A stretch of DNA of 58,761 nucleotides from an uncultured virus (IMG/VR IMGVR_UViG_3300031612_000001) (IMGVR_UViG_3300031612_000001); one strand, 5' to 3'; counted from the stretch's first letter, positions 9,664 to 18,826 are shown. Notes: generated by a model from the sequence alone, not told the origin. A program made the numbers and translations.

Positions 9664-10089
9664 ATGAATTGGTTATACGAAGGACTAGAATACGAACCTC
9701 CAGCAGATTTTTCTACTGATGATTACTATGCATTTGTATATCTAATTACCAATAGAGCAACTGCACAAAAGTATGTTGGAAAGAAATTCTTTTGGTCAAA
9801 GAAAACCCTACCCAAAACTAAAACTCGTAAGAGAAGAAAAATCACCTATGTTGAATCTGACTGGAGATCCTATTACGGTTCCAGTAGGATCTTAAACGAA
9901 GAAAGAGAAATTCAAGGTGATGATATCTATCACAGAGAAATCCTACATCTATGTAGAACCAAAGGTGAAGCCGCTTATATGGAAGCAAAAGAACAGTTTG
10001 CACGTGAAGTTCTATTGACTGATGACTATTATAACGGCATAATCAGCTGCAGAATCGGCGGACAAAGCGTAAAAAACTTAAAAAAGTAG
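9664..10089 (+). CDS. GIY-YIG endonuclease (endonuclease II/denA-like position)
   Basis: AFVYLITN..KYVGKK, WRSYYGSS, REILHLC, YYN; follows nrdB as denA does in T4. Confidence 0.75.
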   Translation: MNWLYEGLEYEPPADFSTDDYYAFVYLITNRATAQKYVGKKFFWSKKTLPKTKTRKRRKITYVESDWRSYYGSSRILNEEREIQGDDIYHREILHLCRTKGEAAYMEAKEQFAREVLLTDDYYNGIISCRIGGQSVKNLKK

Positions 10090-10118
10090 TGTACATTTGC
10101 ATCCAACTATGGTATAAT
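10090..10118 (+). promoter_or_regulatory. Sigma70-like early promoter
   Basis: TGTACA-N17-TATAAT with extended TG. Confidence 0.7.
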
Positions 10119-10128
10119 ATACTAATAT

Positions 10129-10464
10129 ATGGACAAAATAGACAACACATTTATAGAACGAAGGACTGCTCAAATACTAGCTGATACCTATGACGAGGAT
10201 ATGGAAGCTACTGATATGTTTGAACAATCCGTTGATCTAGGCCGATTCGCTATTGAGGTAGTCGAAGGTGCTTTAGAAGAATATGGTGTCAATTTTGACT
10301 ATACAGAAAACCCTGAATTGAAAGGTGACATGTTTGTCATCTTAAACCTAATGGTTTCTACTCTACTAAGAGATGCTGGCATTAAGCACGTACTCCAAGA
10401 AGAGATGGAATTGTTGAAAGATAGAATTATGGAAATGGAGAAACATACTGATGATATTACTTGA
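10129..10464 (+). CDS. Acidic hypothetical protein
   Basis: ORF directly after promoter; overlaps rnh. Confidence 0.6.
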   Translation: MDKIDNTFIERRTAQILADTYDEDMEATDMFEQSVDLGRFAIEVVEGALEEYGVNFDYTENPELKGDMFVILNLMVSTLLRDAGIKHVLQEEMELLKDRIMEMEKHTDDIT

Positions 10465-11293
10465 TTATAGCCAAATAGCGCTATCGAACATTATTGTACA
10501 AAAAGTCGATGATGAAAACATTATTAGACATATGATACTTAACAGTATTAGAATGTACAATAAAAGATACAGAAAAGAATATGGCCAAATGGTTATATGT
10601 GCCGATGGTATGAATACATGGCGTAAAGAATATTTCCCTCAATACAAAGCACATCGTAAGAAAGCTAGGTCTGAATCTACTATGGATTGGAATGAAATCT
10701 TTAGAGTATTGAATTTAGTAAGAGATGAGATTAAAGAGAATCTACCATATAAAGTTTTACACATGGAAGGATGCGAGGCTGATGATATCATTGGTGCATT
10801 AACATTAAACACTGAAGAGTTTGGTAATCATGAACCAGTAATGATTATATCATCTGATAAAGATTTTATTCAACTACAAAAGTTCAACCATGTTAAGCAG
10901 TTCTCTCCTATTCAAAAGAAAATGGTAGTAGATAAAACTCCTAGGAAATACTTATTTGAACACATATGCAGAGGAGATAAAGGTGATGGTATACCAAACA
11001 TCTTATCATCTGATTCATGTTTAGTCGAAGGTATTAAGCAATCACCATTAAGACAAACCCTTATAGACACATGGATTGAAGATCCTAGCATAATGCCAGA
11101 TGAAATTAAACGTAATTTTCAAAGGAATACTACACTGATTGATCTCACTAAGATTCCAGAAGATATATATAATACTATAGTAAATGAATTTAATGGGCAA
11201 AAAGTGCCGATGAAAATGAAAGTACTTAATTATCTTATTAAGAAAAGATGTAACAACTTGATTGAATCAGTGGAGGAATTTTACAATGGCTGA
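10451..11293 (+). CDS. rnh: T4-type RNase H / 5'-3' flap exonuclease
   Basis: ILLDYSQI, WRK..FP.YKA.RK, EADDIIG, SSDKDFIQLQ, GDKGDGIPN. Confidence 0.93.
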   Translation: MILLDYSQIALSNIIVQKVDDENIIRHMILNSIRMYNKRYRKEYGQMVICADGMNTWRKEYFPQYKAHRKKARSESTMDWNEIFRVLNLVRDEIKENLPYKVLHMEGCEADDIIGALTLNTEEFGNHEPVMIISSDKDFIQLQKFNHVKQFSPIQKKMVVDKTPRKYLFEHICRGDKGDGIPNILSSDSCLVEGIKQSPLRQTLIDTWIEDPSIMPDEIKRNFQRNTTLIDLTKIPEDIYNTIVNEFNGQKVPMKMKVLNYLIKKRCNNLIESVEEFYNG

Positions 11294-11786
11294 AAAAATG
11301 ATATCCGAGATCTTAGCTAAAGCATGTAGCTTAAAGACTCAAAAAGAAAAGGTAGCATACCTTAAAAAAATGAATTCTCGTCCCTTAAGAAATATTCTTA
11401 AAGGAACCTTAGACGAGTCTATTCAGTTTATATTACCAAAAGGCGTACCGCCATACCAGAAAGATGATGCTCCTAAGGGGTATGAACCAAGCAATCTGCA
11501 TAGGATGTCGCCACGATTTAAGTATTTTTTCAAAGGCGGCATTGGCGAACAAATGCCAGCAGGTCGCAGAGAAAAGATGTTTATAGATGTTTTAGAATCT
11601 TTACATCCAGACGAAGCAGAGCTGGTAATTGCTATGAAGGAGAAAAAACTTATGGGTAAATATAAAGGAATCACTACTAAGTTGGTTTCTGAAGTCTTTC
11701 CTAATCTCCTTGTGAAGCCGAAGGCTACAAGGGCTAAATCTACTAAAGTGAAACCGGTAGATGAGGAAAGTACAACTCAGGACTAA
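11286..11786 (+). CDS. Conserved T4-like hypothetical protein
   Basis: LPKGVPPY..RREKMFI.VLESLHP.EA motif recalled from genes downstream of rnh; start moved to MAEK. Confidence 0.65.
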   Translation: MAEKMISEILAKACSLKTQKEKVAYLKKMNSRPLRNILKGTLDESIQFILPKGVPPYQKDDAPKGYEPSNLHRMSPRFKYFFKGGIGEQMPAGRREKMFIDVLESLHPDEAELVIAMKEKKLMGKYKGITTKLVSEVFPNLLVKPKATRAKSTKVKPVDEESTTQD

Positions 11787-11864
11787 AGGAGGTGATCTTA
11801 TCTAACTTCGTTATTAATTTTAACAGTAAGTTTAAGGAGGGTCAATCAGGCTAGAGAACACGAG

Positions 11865-11895
11865 AATGGGATATCGGCCGGTGTCCCATTTTTTT
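11865..11895 (+). terminator. Intrinsic terminator
   Basis: AATGGGATATC-GGCC-GGTGTCCCATT stem (with G:U pairs) followed by T run. Confidence 0.8.
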
Positions 11896-11955
11896 ACATT
11901 TATATGTACGTATAAATGCATCAATCTTACACTTTTATGCACATATAAATGTAAA
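11893..11955. repeat. 15-bp perfect inverted repeat upstream of early promoter
   Basis: TTTACATTTATATGT (11893) / ACATATAAATGTAAA (11941). Confidence 0.85.
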
Positions 11956-11961
11956 TAAAGG

Positions 11962-11990
11962 TGTACATTCACATGAAACTGTGTTATAAT
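11962..11990 (+). promoter_or_regulatory. Sigma70-like early promoter
   Basis: AAATAAAGG-TGTACA-N17-TATAAT. Confidence 0.75.
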
Positions 11991-12015
11991 ATACTATTAT
12001 GACAAGGATTATATT

Positions 12016-12339
12016 ATGATACAAATACTACGAGAAATAACCGATTGGGGCGATCTAACTATTGCCAATGGCGACTATTATGTCAACAGCCATGGATATC
12101 TTATTGGATATATGCCACCCGGCAAAGCATGTAAAATGTTTAAAACTCCACTCAAAACGTTTTCTAAATCAAGACGCAAATTTAAACTCATAGGCGAATG
12201 GCCAGAAGAATTGCCGAAGGGTTATATAACTGTGACAGGTAGTAAGGGTAACACCTATACCATTTATAACAAGAAGTGCTCATGTCCAGGTTTTAAATTC
12301 AGAGGTTCTTGTAAACATTTAGACAAGGTAGCAGCATGA
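12016..12339 (+). CDS. SWIM zinc-finger protein
   Basis: GSKGNTY..CSCPGF..R..CKH. Confidence 0.75.
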   Translation: MIQILREITDWGDLTIANGDYYVNSHGYLIGYMPPGKACKMFKTPLKTFSKSRRKFKLIGEWPEELPKGYITVTGSKGNTYTIYNKKCSCPGFKFRGSCKHLDKVAA

Positions 12340-12881
12340 ATATATTTATTCTAGATAATGATCCAGTGATAGCTGCTCAACTACAGTGTGATAAACATGT
12401 AGTCAAAATGATTGTTGAATCAGCTCAGATGTTATCAACTGTTCATCGAATGCTTGATGGTACTATGGAACGTAGGCCATCTAAGTCTGGTTCAATGATA
12501 CAATATTGGAAACTTAACGACGATCGTGAAGATGTCTTATACAAAGCTTGTCATTTTAATCACCCTTCAACAGTATGGACTAGAGAATCTTGTCTTAACT
12601 ATGAATGGCACTACAAGCATTTTATTGCTTTATGTGATGAGTATAAATATAGGTATGGAAAGATACATGCAACAGATACTAAACTGAGAGTAGCATTGAA
12701 AAGCATACCAAATAATATAACAATAACAGATATGACACCATTCAAATTAGCAATGGCATCATTCCCGGAATGTATAACTAAAGATCCAGTGGAATCTTAC
12801 AGAGCATTCTATAAAACAAAGAGAGAAAGATTTAATATGGCGTGGACAAAACGAGAAGTACCGGAGTGGTTTAATGCCTAG
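12336..12881 (+). CDS. Pyrimidine-dimer DNA glycosylase (DenV-like) family protein
   Basis: MNIF.LD..P..AA...DKHVVKM.VESAQMLST, HP.T.W.R, YR.FY. Confidence 0.7.
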   Translation: MNIFILDNDPVIAAQLQCDKHVVKMIVESAQMLSTVHRMLDGTMERRPSKSGSMIQYWKLNDDREDVLYKACHFNHPSTVWTRESCLNYEWHYKHFIALCDEYKYRYGKIHATDTKLRVALKSIPNNITITDMTPFKLAMASFPECITKDPVESYRAFYKTKRERFNMAWTKREVPEWFNA

Positions 12882-13119
12882 ATACGATTTTATACATTTG
12901 AAGTCTGGTGAAATTACTGAATATACTATGAGTTGGAAAGAACTCGATAAGTTTAAAGCAGATAATCCAGACCTACAACAACAAATTAGTGCACCCGTTA
13001 TGAATACACGACAAGACGGCGACGTATTAAAAAAAGCAGGCGACGGTTGGAAGGAAGTCCAGCAAAGAATTCAAAGTGGAATGCCACCACGACTAAGAGG
13101 AAATATTAAAACAAAATGA
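12874..13119 (+). CDS. FmdB-like small protein lacking Zn cysteines
   Basis: MPRYDF..SGE N-terminus, DGWKEV. Confidence 0.5.
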   Translation: MPRYDFIHLKSGEITEYTMSWKELDKFKADNPDLQQQISAPVMNTRQDGDVLKKAGDGWKEVQQRIQSGMPPRLRGNIKTK

Positions 13120-13388
13120 AATTATTAAAAAACTATGTGTTAGTAGCTGAAGTTGCTAAAGAACAAACAACTGCCGGTGGTATTATATTATCGAATGATG
13201 CAGTATTAGACAAGAGCCATAAGCCAGGATTAGTTCTAGGTATAGGTCCTGGTGTCGACATCAAGAGCATTAAACCTGGAGATAGAGTATATTTAGATTG
13301 GTCTAAATCAATGCCTATTAACCATGAAGGCCAAGGTGCTGTTATTGTAAATGACGATCATATCAAGGCTGTTATTACGGATGTTTAA
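13116..13388 (+). CDS. groES: GroES-like co-chaperonin
   Basis: EQTTAGGIIL mobile loop, G.VLGIGPG, IKPGDRV. Confidence 0.85.
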   Translation: MKLLKNYVLVAEVAKEQTTAGGIILSNDAVLDKSHKPGLVLGIGPGVDIKSIKPGDRVYLDWSKSMPINHEGQGAVIVNDDHIKAVITDV

Positions 13389-14052
13389 ACATGAACCAAT
13401 TGATCTCGGATATAATGATCTCACTGCAGTTACTGCTAAGTCTGGTAGAACTTACCGTGACCCAGCCGGTAATAGTTATCCTTCTATTACTACTGTTCTC
13501 TCGATATTAAGTAGAGAAGCTATTCAGAAATGGAGAGCAAGAGTAGGCGAAGAGGAAGCTAATCGTATTAGTTCTAGAGCATCTGGTCGTGGAACGATAG
13601 TTCACAATCTATTGGAAAAATATGTGAATAATGACCCTGACTATCTTGAAGGCGAAATGCCACATAACATACAAACCTTTAAGGATATACAACCAACGTT
13701 AGATAAATGTTTAACGAAAGTATATGCACAAGAAGCTCCATTATATTCTAAACACTTAGGTGTTGCGGGTAGAGTTGATTGCGTAGGACAGTGGGAAGGT
13801 GTTGATGCTATCATAGATTATAAGACATCTAAGAAGCTAAAAAAGGTAGAATGGATTAGTGGTTACTTTATGCAATGCGCAGCTTATGCTGTTATGTGGG
13901 AAGAAAGAACTGGAATGCCAATCAAGAAATTGGTTGTTTGTATTGCAGGTGATGAAGGACCACAAGTATTTGTCGAAGATAGAGACAATTGGACTAAATC
14001 GCTTATAAATACTATTAACGAATATAAAAAAGAAAAACTTTTCGGGAGATAA
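13381..14052 (+). CDS. PD-(D/E)XK exonuclease
   Basis: YPSITTVL, RGT.VH..LE, AGRVDC..IIDYKTS, Q..AYA.M.EE. Confidence 0.85.
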   Translation: MFKHEPIDLGYNDLTAVTAKSGRTYRDPAGNSYPSITTVLSILSREAIQKWRARVGEEEANRISSRASGRGTIVHNLLEKYVNNDPDYLEGEMPHNIQTFKDIQPTLDKCLTKVYAQEAPLYSKHLGVAGRVDCVGQWEGVDAIIDYKTSKKLKKVEWISGYFMQCAAYAVMWEERTGMPIKKLVVCIAGDEGPQVFVEDRDNWTKSLINTINEYKKEKLFGR

Positions 14053-14056
14053 AAAT

Positions 14057-14263
14057 ATGTCAAATTTTAGAGATGACATCTTAAAAGCGTTGGAACTTAA
14101 ACTCAAGGGTGAGATTGCAACACATCAGGTTAACATTAAAATCTTATTAGGTTCACACGTCGGTGTGGCAGAACATCCTGATACGATTGCAACAATTGAA
14201 GAAGTGTTAGAAAAACTTGCAACTGCGCAAGATAAACTAAACAACTTACGATCGTTTAAATAG
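14057..14263 (+). CDS. Conserved small phage protein
   Basis: VGVAEHPD motif; SD GGAG. Confidence 0.6.
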   Translation: MSNFRDDILKALELKLKGEIATHQVNIKILLGSHVGVAEHPDTIATIEEVLEKLATAQDKLNNLRSFK

Positions 14264-14874
14264 TGAAAAGACAACTATTAAATTATATACTTGAAGCTCA
14301 AAAGGGCAAAGGGTTAACTATATTTGATATTGACGAAACCTTATTTCGTACTAAAGCTAAAATCACAGTTATGAAAGATGGAAAGAAAGTATCAGTGTTA
14401 ACCAATATAGAATATAATACACATAGTTTAGAAGCTGGTGAATCATATGATTATGGTCAATTTAAATCAGCAAAGATTTTTAATAGAACATCGACGCCTA
14501 TTGCTAAAATGATTACTAAGGCAAAGGCTATTATTAATAATTCAGTTAAATCTGGATCGAAGGTAATCGTAGTTACTGCTCGAGGAGATATGGACGATAA
14601 GAAATTATTCGTTGATACTTTTAAAAAGCAAGGACTAGATATGGACAATGTCTATATCGAAAGAGCTGGTAATATCGGATTAGATTCCGCAGCTAAAAAC
14701 AAAGAGGTGGTGTTTAGAAAATATCTAGATACTGGATTATATAAAAGAATAAGATTGTTTGATGACGATGTAAGTAACTTAAAAGCTTTATTATCATTAA
14801 AGGATGCTTATTCAGATGTTGCCTTCGAAGCTTACAGAGTTAAGAATGATGGTACCATACAAACAATGAAATAA
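14263..14874 (+). CDS. HAD-superfamily phosphatase-like protein
   Basis: IFDIDETL, VVTAR, K, LFDDD. Confidence 0.8.
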   Translation: MKRQLLNYILEAQKGKGLTIFDIDETLFRTKAKITVMKDGKKVSVLTNIEYNTHSLEAGESYDYGQFKSAKIFNRTSTPIAKMITKAKAIINNSVKSGSKVIVVTARGDMDDKKLFVDTFKKQGLDMDNVYIERAGNIGLDSAAKNKEVVFRKYLDTGLYKRIRLFDDDVSNLKALLSLKDAYSDVAFEAYRVKNDGTIQTMK

Positions 14875-14878
14875 TATT

Positions 14879-15091
14879 ATGCCAATTAAATTTAAACCGT
14901 CACAAACGGTACGAGTAAAAGGAACTAACAAGACAACAACAACTAACTTCTGGATGAAAGGAATGCCTAAGCAAGAGTTATTTGATTATATCAATAACAA
15001 TAACGGCGCAGCCAGAACAAAACAAAAATGTCGTAATGAACTAGTGAGAAGAGGAATATCAATTGAGTACGTATCGCCCGCTACCCAATAG
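14879..15091 (+). CDS. Small basic hypothetical protein
   Basis: KQKCRNELVRRG motif. Confidence 0.55.
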   Translation: MPIKFKPSQTVRVKGTNKTTTTNFWMKGMPKQELFDYINNNNGAARTKQKCRNELVRRGISIEYVSPATQ

Positions 15092-15374
15092 CGTCACTAT
15101 AGGCAATAGCGCAATTCATGGCTTAGGTCTATTCGCAGTAGAGACTATCGCTCCCGGAAAATTCTTAGGAATGATAAGAATATTAGTAGAAGATGAATGG
15201 ATTAGAACACCATTGGGTGGATTTGTTAATCATTCTGAAGAACCTAATTGCATGACTATCCAACGAAGGCCTTTGTCATCACTAGCAGGATACAGTGTAG
15301 TCAATTTAATTGCCGTTGAGACAATTTTGCCAGGACAGGAAATTACTTTAAAGTATACGATGTATAATGTTTAG
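15063..15374 (+). CDS. SET-domain protein (putative lysine methyltransferase)
   Basis: IHGLGLFA, FVNHSEEPNC, I.PGQEITLKY; TTG start. Confidence 0.85.
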   Translation: MSTYRPLPNSVTIGNSAIHGLGLFAVETIAPGKFLGMIRILVEDEWIRTPLGGFVNHSEEPNCMTIQRRPLSSLAGYSVVNLIAVETILPGQEITLKYTMYNV

Positions 15375-15546
15375 TAAAATTTGGAGAATATGGGCAAAAT
15401 CTCTTGGCGAAAAAGTCGGAGATACTGATACACAAGCTGATTCTATTGCAGTAATCAGAACAGTATGGTGGATAACACACATGGCAACATGTTGGTTTAT
15501 CATACTTAATGCATGGGCTAACCATGGTTGGGGTTTATTTGGGTGA
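15367..15546 (+). CDS. Small membrane protein, 59 aa (not in ORF track)
   Basis: MFSKIWRIWAKSLGEK..AVIRT..; resembles the next ORF. Confidence 0.6.
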   Translation: MFSKIWRIWAKSLGEKVGDTDTQADSIAVIRTVWWITHMATCWFIILNAWANHGWGLFG

Positions 15547-15719
15547 TGAAAAAGTTATGGACAGTATGGAAACATGCACTAGGATCTTTTGATGAAGAAG
15601 ATGGATATGATGTCAACAATGAGAATAGAATCTCATATATCCGTACGTTCATTGTTTTGTCAAATCTACTATGTGTATATTTAATAATGTTTAATATACT
15701 ATTAGGATGGATCCAATGA
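15546..15719 (+). CDS. Small membrane protein
   Basis: MKKLWTVWKHALGSF..IRT..C..I; TM helix. Confidence 0.6.
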   Translation: MKKLWTVWKHALGSFDEEDGYDVNNENRISYIRTFIVLSNLLCVYLIMFNILLGWIQ

Positions 15720-16408
15720 GTAAGAATTATATCTTTGACGTAGACGGCACACTAACTCCTAGTAGAGGAAAAATAGATGCTGAGTTTAAGAAACAGTTTT
15801 TAGAGTTTGCTAGAACACATAATGTAAGTTTAGTAACAGGCAGTGATAGACCGAAGACATTAGAACAACTAGGCGATGAAGTTTATAACAGTTGTGATAG
15901 AGTTTATAACTGTAGTGGCAATGATGTGTATGCTAGAGATAAACAACTTAGTCGCAATGCCTGGTCATTACCAGCTGAAGCCGGTTTCTTTTTAACAAAC
16001 GAATTAGATAATAGCGGATGGAAAACACAAACAGGCTTACACATAGAAGACAGACCCGGTATGGTTAACTTTAGTGTTGTAGGTAGATATGCAAACAAGC
16101 AACAACGATCAGATTACTATGAGTACGATAAGCAAGTAATGGAAAGATCTGCTATTGCTGAAAGGTTTAATACACGTTTCCCAGAGCTAAGTGCAAAAGT
16201 AGGCGGAGAGACAGGTATAGACATATTTCAAAAAGGACGAGATAAGTCTCAAATATTAAAAGACTTCGACATAGACTCAATTAAATTTTATGGCGACAGA
16301 GTTGACCCTGCAGGAAATGATTATCCTTTAGCAGTAAAACTAAAACAAGAACACGTGTTTGCAGTTACAAGCTGGAAAGACACACAGAGATTATTAGCAA
16401 ATGAGTAA
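15716..16408 (+). CDS. HAD-IIB phosphomannomutase (PMM/Sec53-like)
   Basis: FDVDGTLTPSR, VTGSD, IEDRPGMVNFSVVGR, GGETGIDIF, FYGD..GNDY. Confidence 0.85.
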   Translation: MSKNYIFDVDGTLTPSRGKIDAEFKKQFLEFARTHNVSLVTGSDRPKTLEQLGDEVYNSCDRVYNCSGNDVYARDKQLSRNAWSLPAEAGFFLTNELDNSGWKTQTGLHIEDRPGMVNFSVVGRYANKQQRSDYYEYDKQVMERSAIAERFNTRFPELSAKVGGETGIDIFQKGRDKSQILKDFDIDSIKFYGDRVDPAGNDYPLAVKLKQEHVFAVTSWKDTQRLLANE

Positions 16409-16625
16409 TAAACAATGGCATGGCGGAAAGGGTGATAAACCTAGAGGAAACGACCAAAACAAATTCGCTGATGGTTGGGAGCTAGCTTTTGGGAAGAAGA
16501 AGCCAGAAATAAAAGCACGTAAAGCACAACCAGATCATTCTATTACTCGAGTACATAGCGATAAAAAAAAGAAATTACCTAAAGAAGAGAAGTATAATAG
16601 TATAAATAGATTAATAGAGGAATAA
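16401..16625 (+). CDS. Small basic hypothetical protein
   Basis: WHGGKGDKPR motif. Confidence 0.55.
   Translation: MSNKQWHGGKGDKPRGNDQNKFADGWELAFGKKKPEIKARKAQPDHSITRVHSDKKKKLPKEEKYNSINRLIEE
16601..16608 (+). promoter_or_regulatory. T4-type late promoter
   Basis: TATAAATA upstream of the 16628 gene. Confidence 0.65.
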
Positions 16626-16627
16626 AC

Positions 16628-16894
16628 ATGTCAAACGATTTATTAGATTTTGACTTTGGTTTCACTGCGGTAGATGAAAGTGAACTAGAGGCGGTACAAA
16701 CTGTAAACAAACTCAGTGCGGAATCCGCATCAGGCCAAGTTGCAGCTGAAGATAAATTAAATAAATTATATAATGCTATATTACCTTTGTTATCAAATTT
16801 AAAAAAGAACCCAGAGAAAGATTATATTCTTTGGCCTAATAGAACACAGAAAATCGAAGAATTCGAAGATCATATATCGGAGATTATAAAGTAA
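16628..16894 (+). CDS. Conserved phage hypothetical protein
   Basis: FDFGFTAVDE..PLL.NLKKNPEKDYI.WPNR. Confidence 0.65.
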   Translation: MSNDLLDFDFGFTAVDESELEAVQTVNKLSAESASGQVAAEDKLNKLYNAILPLLSNLKKNPEKDYILWPNRTQKIEEFEDHISEIIK

Positions 16895-18117
16895 TGCCAA
16901 TGTCCCATAACGTCAATAACGTTCGTGCTGCAGCGCTAAGAGCTGAGTTTCAGAATGATAGTGGTGAAGTAAGCCTTAGTAAATATAAAAGAGGCTCTAA
17001 CAATTACGATGGTGTCAGAGCTCCAGGAAACAATACAGCAACTGCGTTTACAAGTAATAACGAATTACCATTCCACGCAACTGGCGCTGTCTGGAATAGT
17101 TTAGTTACGTCTTATAGCACAAATAGTTCTCCAGCTAAAACCAAACAGGTAACCTCTAATAGTAATATCAGCATGGGTAATTTACGTGGTATAGGTAATA
17201 TGCCATTTGCTGTTACAAGTAACGCCAATTCAACAAGTGTTAACCCATCAGCCGATGATTCAGGAGCCACAGCAAATTTGACAGGTGTAGGTAATTTTAA
17301 ATCCGGTCAAGAAGTTCAATCTTATGAAAGTGGTATGGGAGCATCGGCATTAGCAATAAATAGTAATAACCCTATGTATGCATTGGCTAATGCTCAAAGA
17401 GCTCCAAATGCCTGGAACTATGAAGACTTACAGACTCATGCAGCTCCTGGCGATATTATGTTCTTTATGGCATTTACTAGTTCGGGCGGAACACCTTCTT
17501 CATACATGTATCCAGCATGGAATCAATCATCTGCCCAGCACAATACAAGTGCACCATTAATAGGATCTTTTGCATTCGAATACTACAATGGTAATAACGC
17601 GGCCGATGGTTGGGTAGTAACATTTGCCAGGGTTTGCAAAGGTGGAGAAAGATTTTGTGCCCATAGATTAAACTATTCTTCTGGTGCGCACAACATACTT
17701 ACAGGAATTATTAGATCTCCAGGAACATCCACTACCAATACCTCTGGAAAGGGTGTTAATACAACTGTTATTGCAAGACAACATAACGATTATGGAACAG
17801 ATAGTTACACAATGGGAGCAGCATGGGGCCAGGGAGAGGTTGTAGTCATGGCGAATTTAACACCGTTTGCATCATATGCATCAAACTCTGTTGCTGGAAC
17901 TTCAGCTGGAACCTCAAGATACATGAAATCCGGAGCTGGTTCTCAGATAAGTTATCATATTGCTTTAGGGTCATATGAAGAAACAGCTAGTGTAGGATTT
18001 AAAGGAAATGGCTGGACTCCCAATGCAACTAGATCTATAAAAGTATCAGCATCTGGAGGCCACACTTCAAGTGGTGAAGAAGCTACAATAATAATGAAAT
18101 TCGCACTAGGGGCATAA
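16894..18117 (+). CDS. Putative virion adhesin/receptor-binding protein
   Basis: S/G/A/N/T-rich; N-terminal EF..SLS.Y.RG...ISM..LRG attachment-like motif. Confidence 0.45.
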   Translation: MPMSHNVNNVRAAALRAEFQNDSGEVSLSKYKRGSNNYDGVRAPGNNTATAFTSNNELPFHATGAVWNSLVTSYSTNSSPAKTKQVTSNSNISMGNLRGIGNMPFAVTSNANSTSVNPSADDSGATANLTGVGNFKSGQEVQSYESGMGASALAINSNNPMYALANAQRAPNAWNYEDLQTHAAPGDIMFFMAFTSSGGTPSSYMYPAWNQSSAQHNTSAPLIGSFAFEYYNGNNAADGWVVTFARVCKGGERFCAHRLNYSSGAHNILTGIIRSPGTSTTNTSGKGVNTTVIARQHNDYGTDSYTMGAAWGQGEVVVMANLTPFASYASNSVAGTSAGTSRYMKSGAGSQISYHIALGSYEETASVGFKGNGWTPNATRSIKVSASGGHTSSGEEATIIMKFALGA

Positions 18118-18118
18118 G

Positions 18119-18826
18119 ATGGCTACATTTTCAAATATAACTCATGAGTACTATCATCACGGCAGAGTGCCTGATGATGTATGGACAACCTTATGGGAAG
18201 AAAACCAATGGAGAATGTGGAATAACAAGTCATGGCTTGGATTCCAGGAACCAGCGATAGTTAAACATATACAAGATAATAGCGCAGCGAATTCAACTAC
18301 TGAGTCACATGAAGCTTTATTATTCTTAAAAGACTACGTCAATTCTATTATCGTTGGACCAGGATTTTTTCATGTGGTCAAAAGCAATGGTAACACAATT
18401 AGTATACGTGCCTTCGCTAGGTGCGGAATGGAAGAAATAGATACTATTACAGCCATCAAAACTGATTACAATAAAGATACTTGTGTGGCTATGATGAATA
18501 TGAATTTAACAGATCCAGATGGATCAACTGCTTGGGTAGATCTGTTATATAACGTAGATGGATTTGCCGATCAACTTGCAAAAGTACCAACTAAAGATAC
18601 AATATCTGATATGAATGGTGTTTGTGATGACGGCGGTTGTAAGAGATGGTTTGGATCTCCAACTGGAAGTGTCCAAAAAGCTTACATAATAAGAGGCGAT
18701 ACCGCAGGTTGGGTAATGGAAGGTGGTCATACCGCTGAAAAAATCGCTGATAACAACACACCCTTATATTACTTCGGACCGTTTGGATGGCCTGATGATG
18801 CAGGGACAATAGGAGAACCAGAATAA
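18119..18826 (+). CDS. Hypothetical protein (possible adhesin partner)
   Basis: Coupled downstream of 16894..18117. Confidence 0.5.
   Translation: MATFSNITHEYYHHGRVPDDVWTTLWEENQWRMWNNKSWLGFQEPAIVKHIQDNSAANSTTESHEALLFLKDYVNSIIVGPGFFHVVKSNGNTISIRAFARCGMEEIDTITAIKTDYNKDTCVAMMNMNLTDPDGSTAWVDLLYNVDGFADQLAKVPTKDTISDMNGVCDDGGCKRWFGSPTGSVQKAYIIRGDTAGWVMEGGHTAEKIADNNTPLYYFGPFGWPDDAGTIGEPE

Noticed and set aside
9664..10089. GIY-YIG gene as a mobile intron-encoded homing endonuclease
   Set aside because: nrdA and nrdB are uninterrupted; the protein is short with no extra DNA-binding domain; position matches denA.
11784..11797. Fragment of a 16S rRNA gene on the minus strand
   Set aside because: Match is limited to the tail and the flanks are not rRNA-like; kept only as an SD-like element.
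13381..14052. Cas4/CRISPR association
   Set aside because: No array or other cas genes; common T4-like exonuclease.
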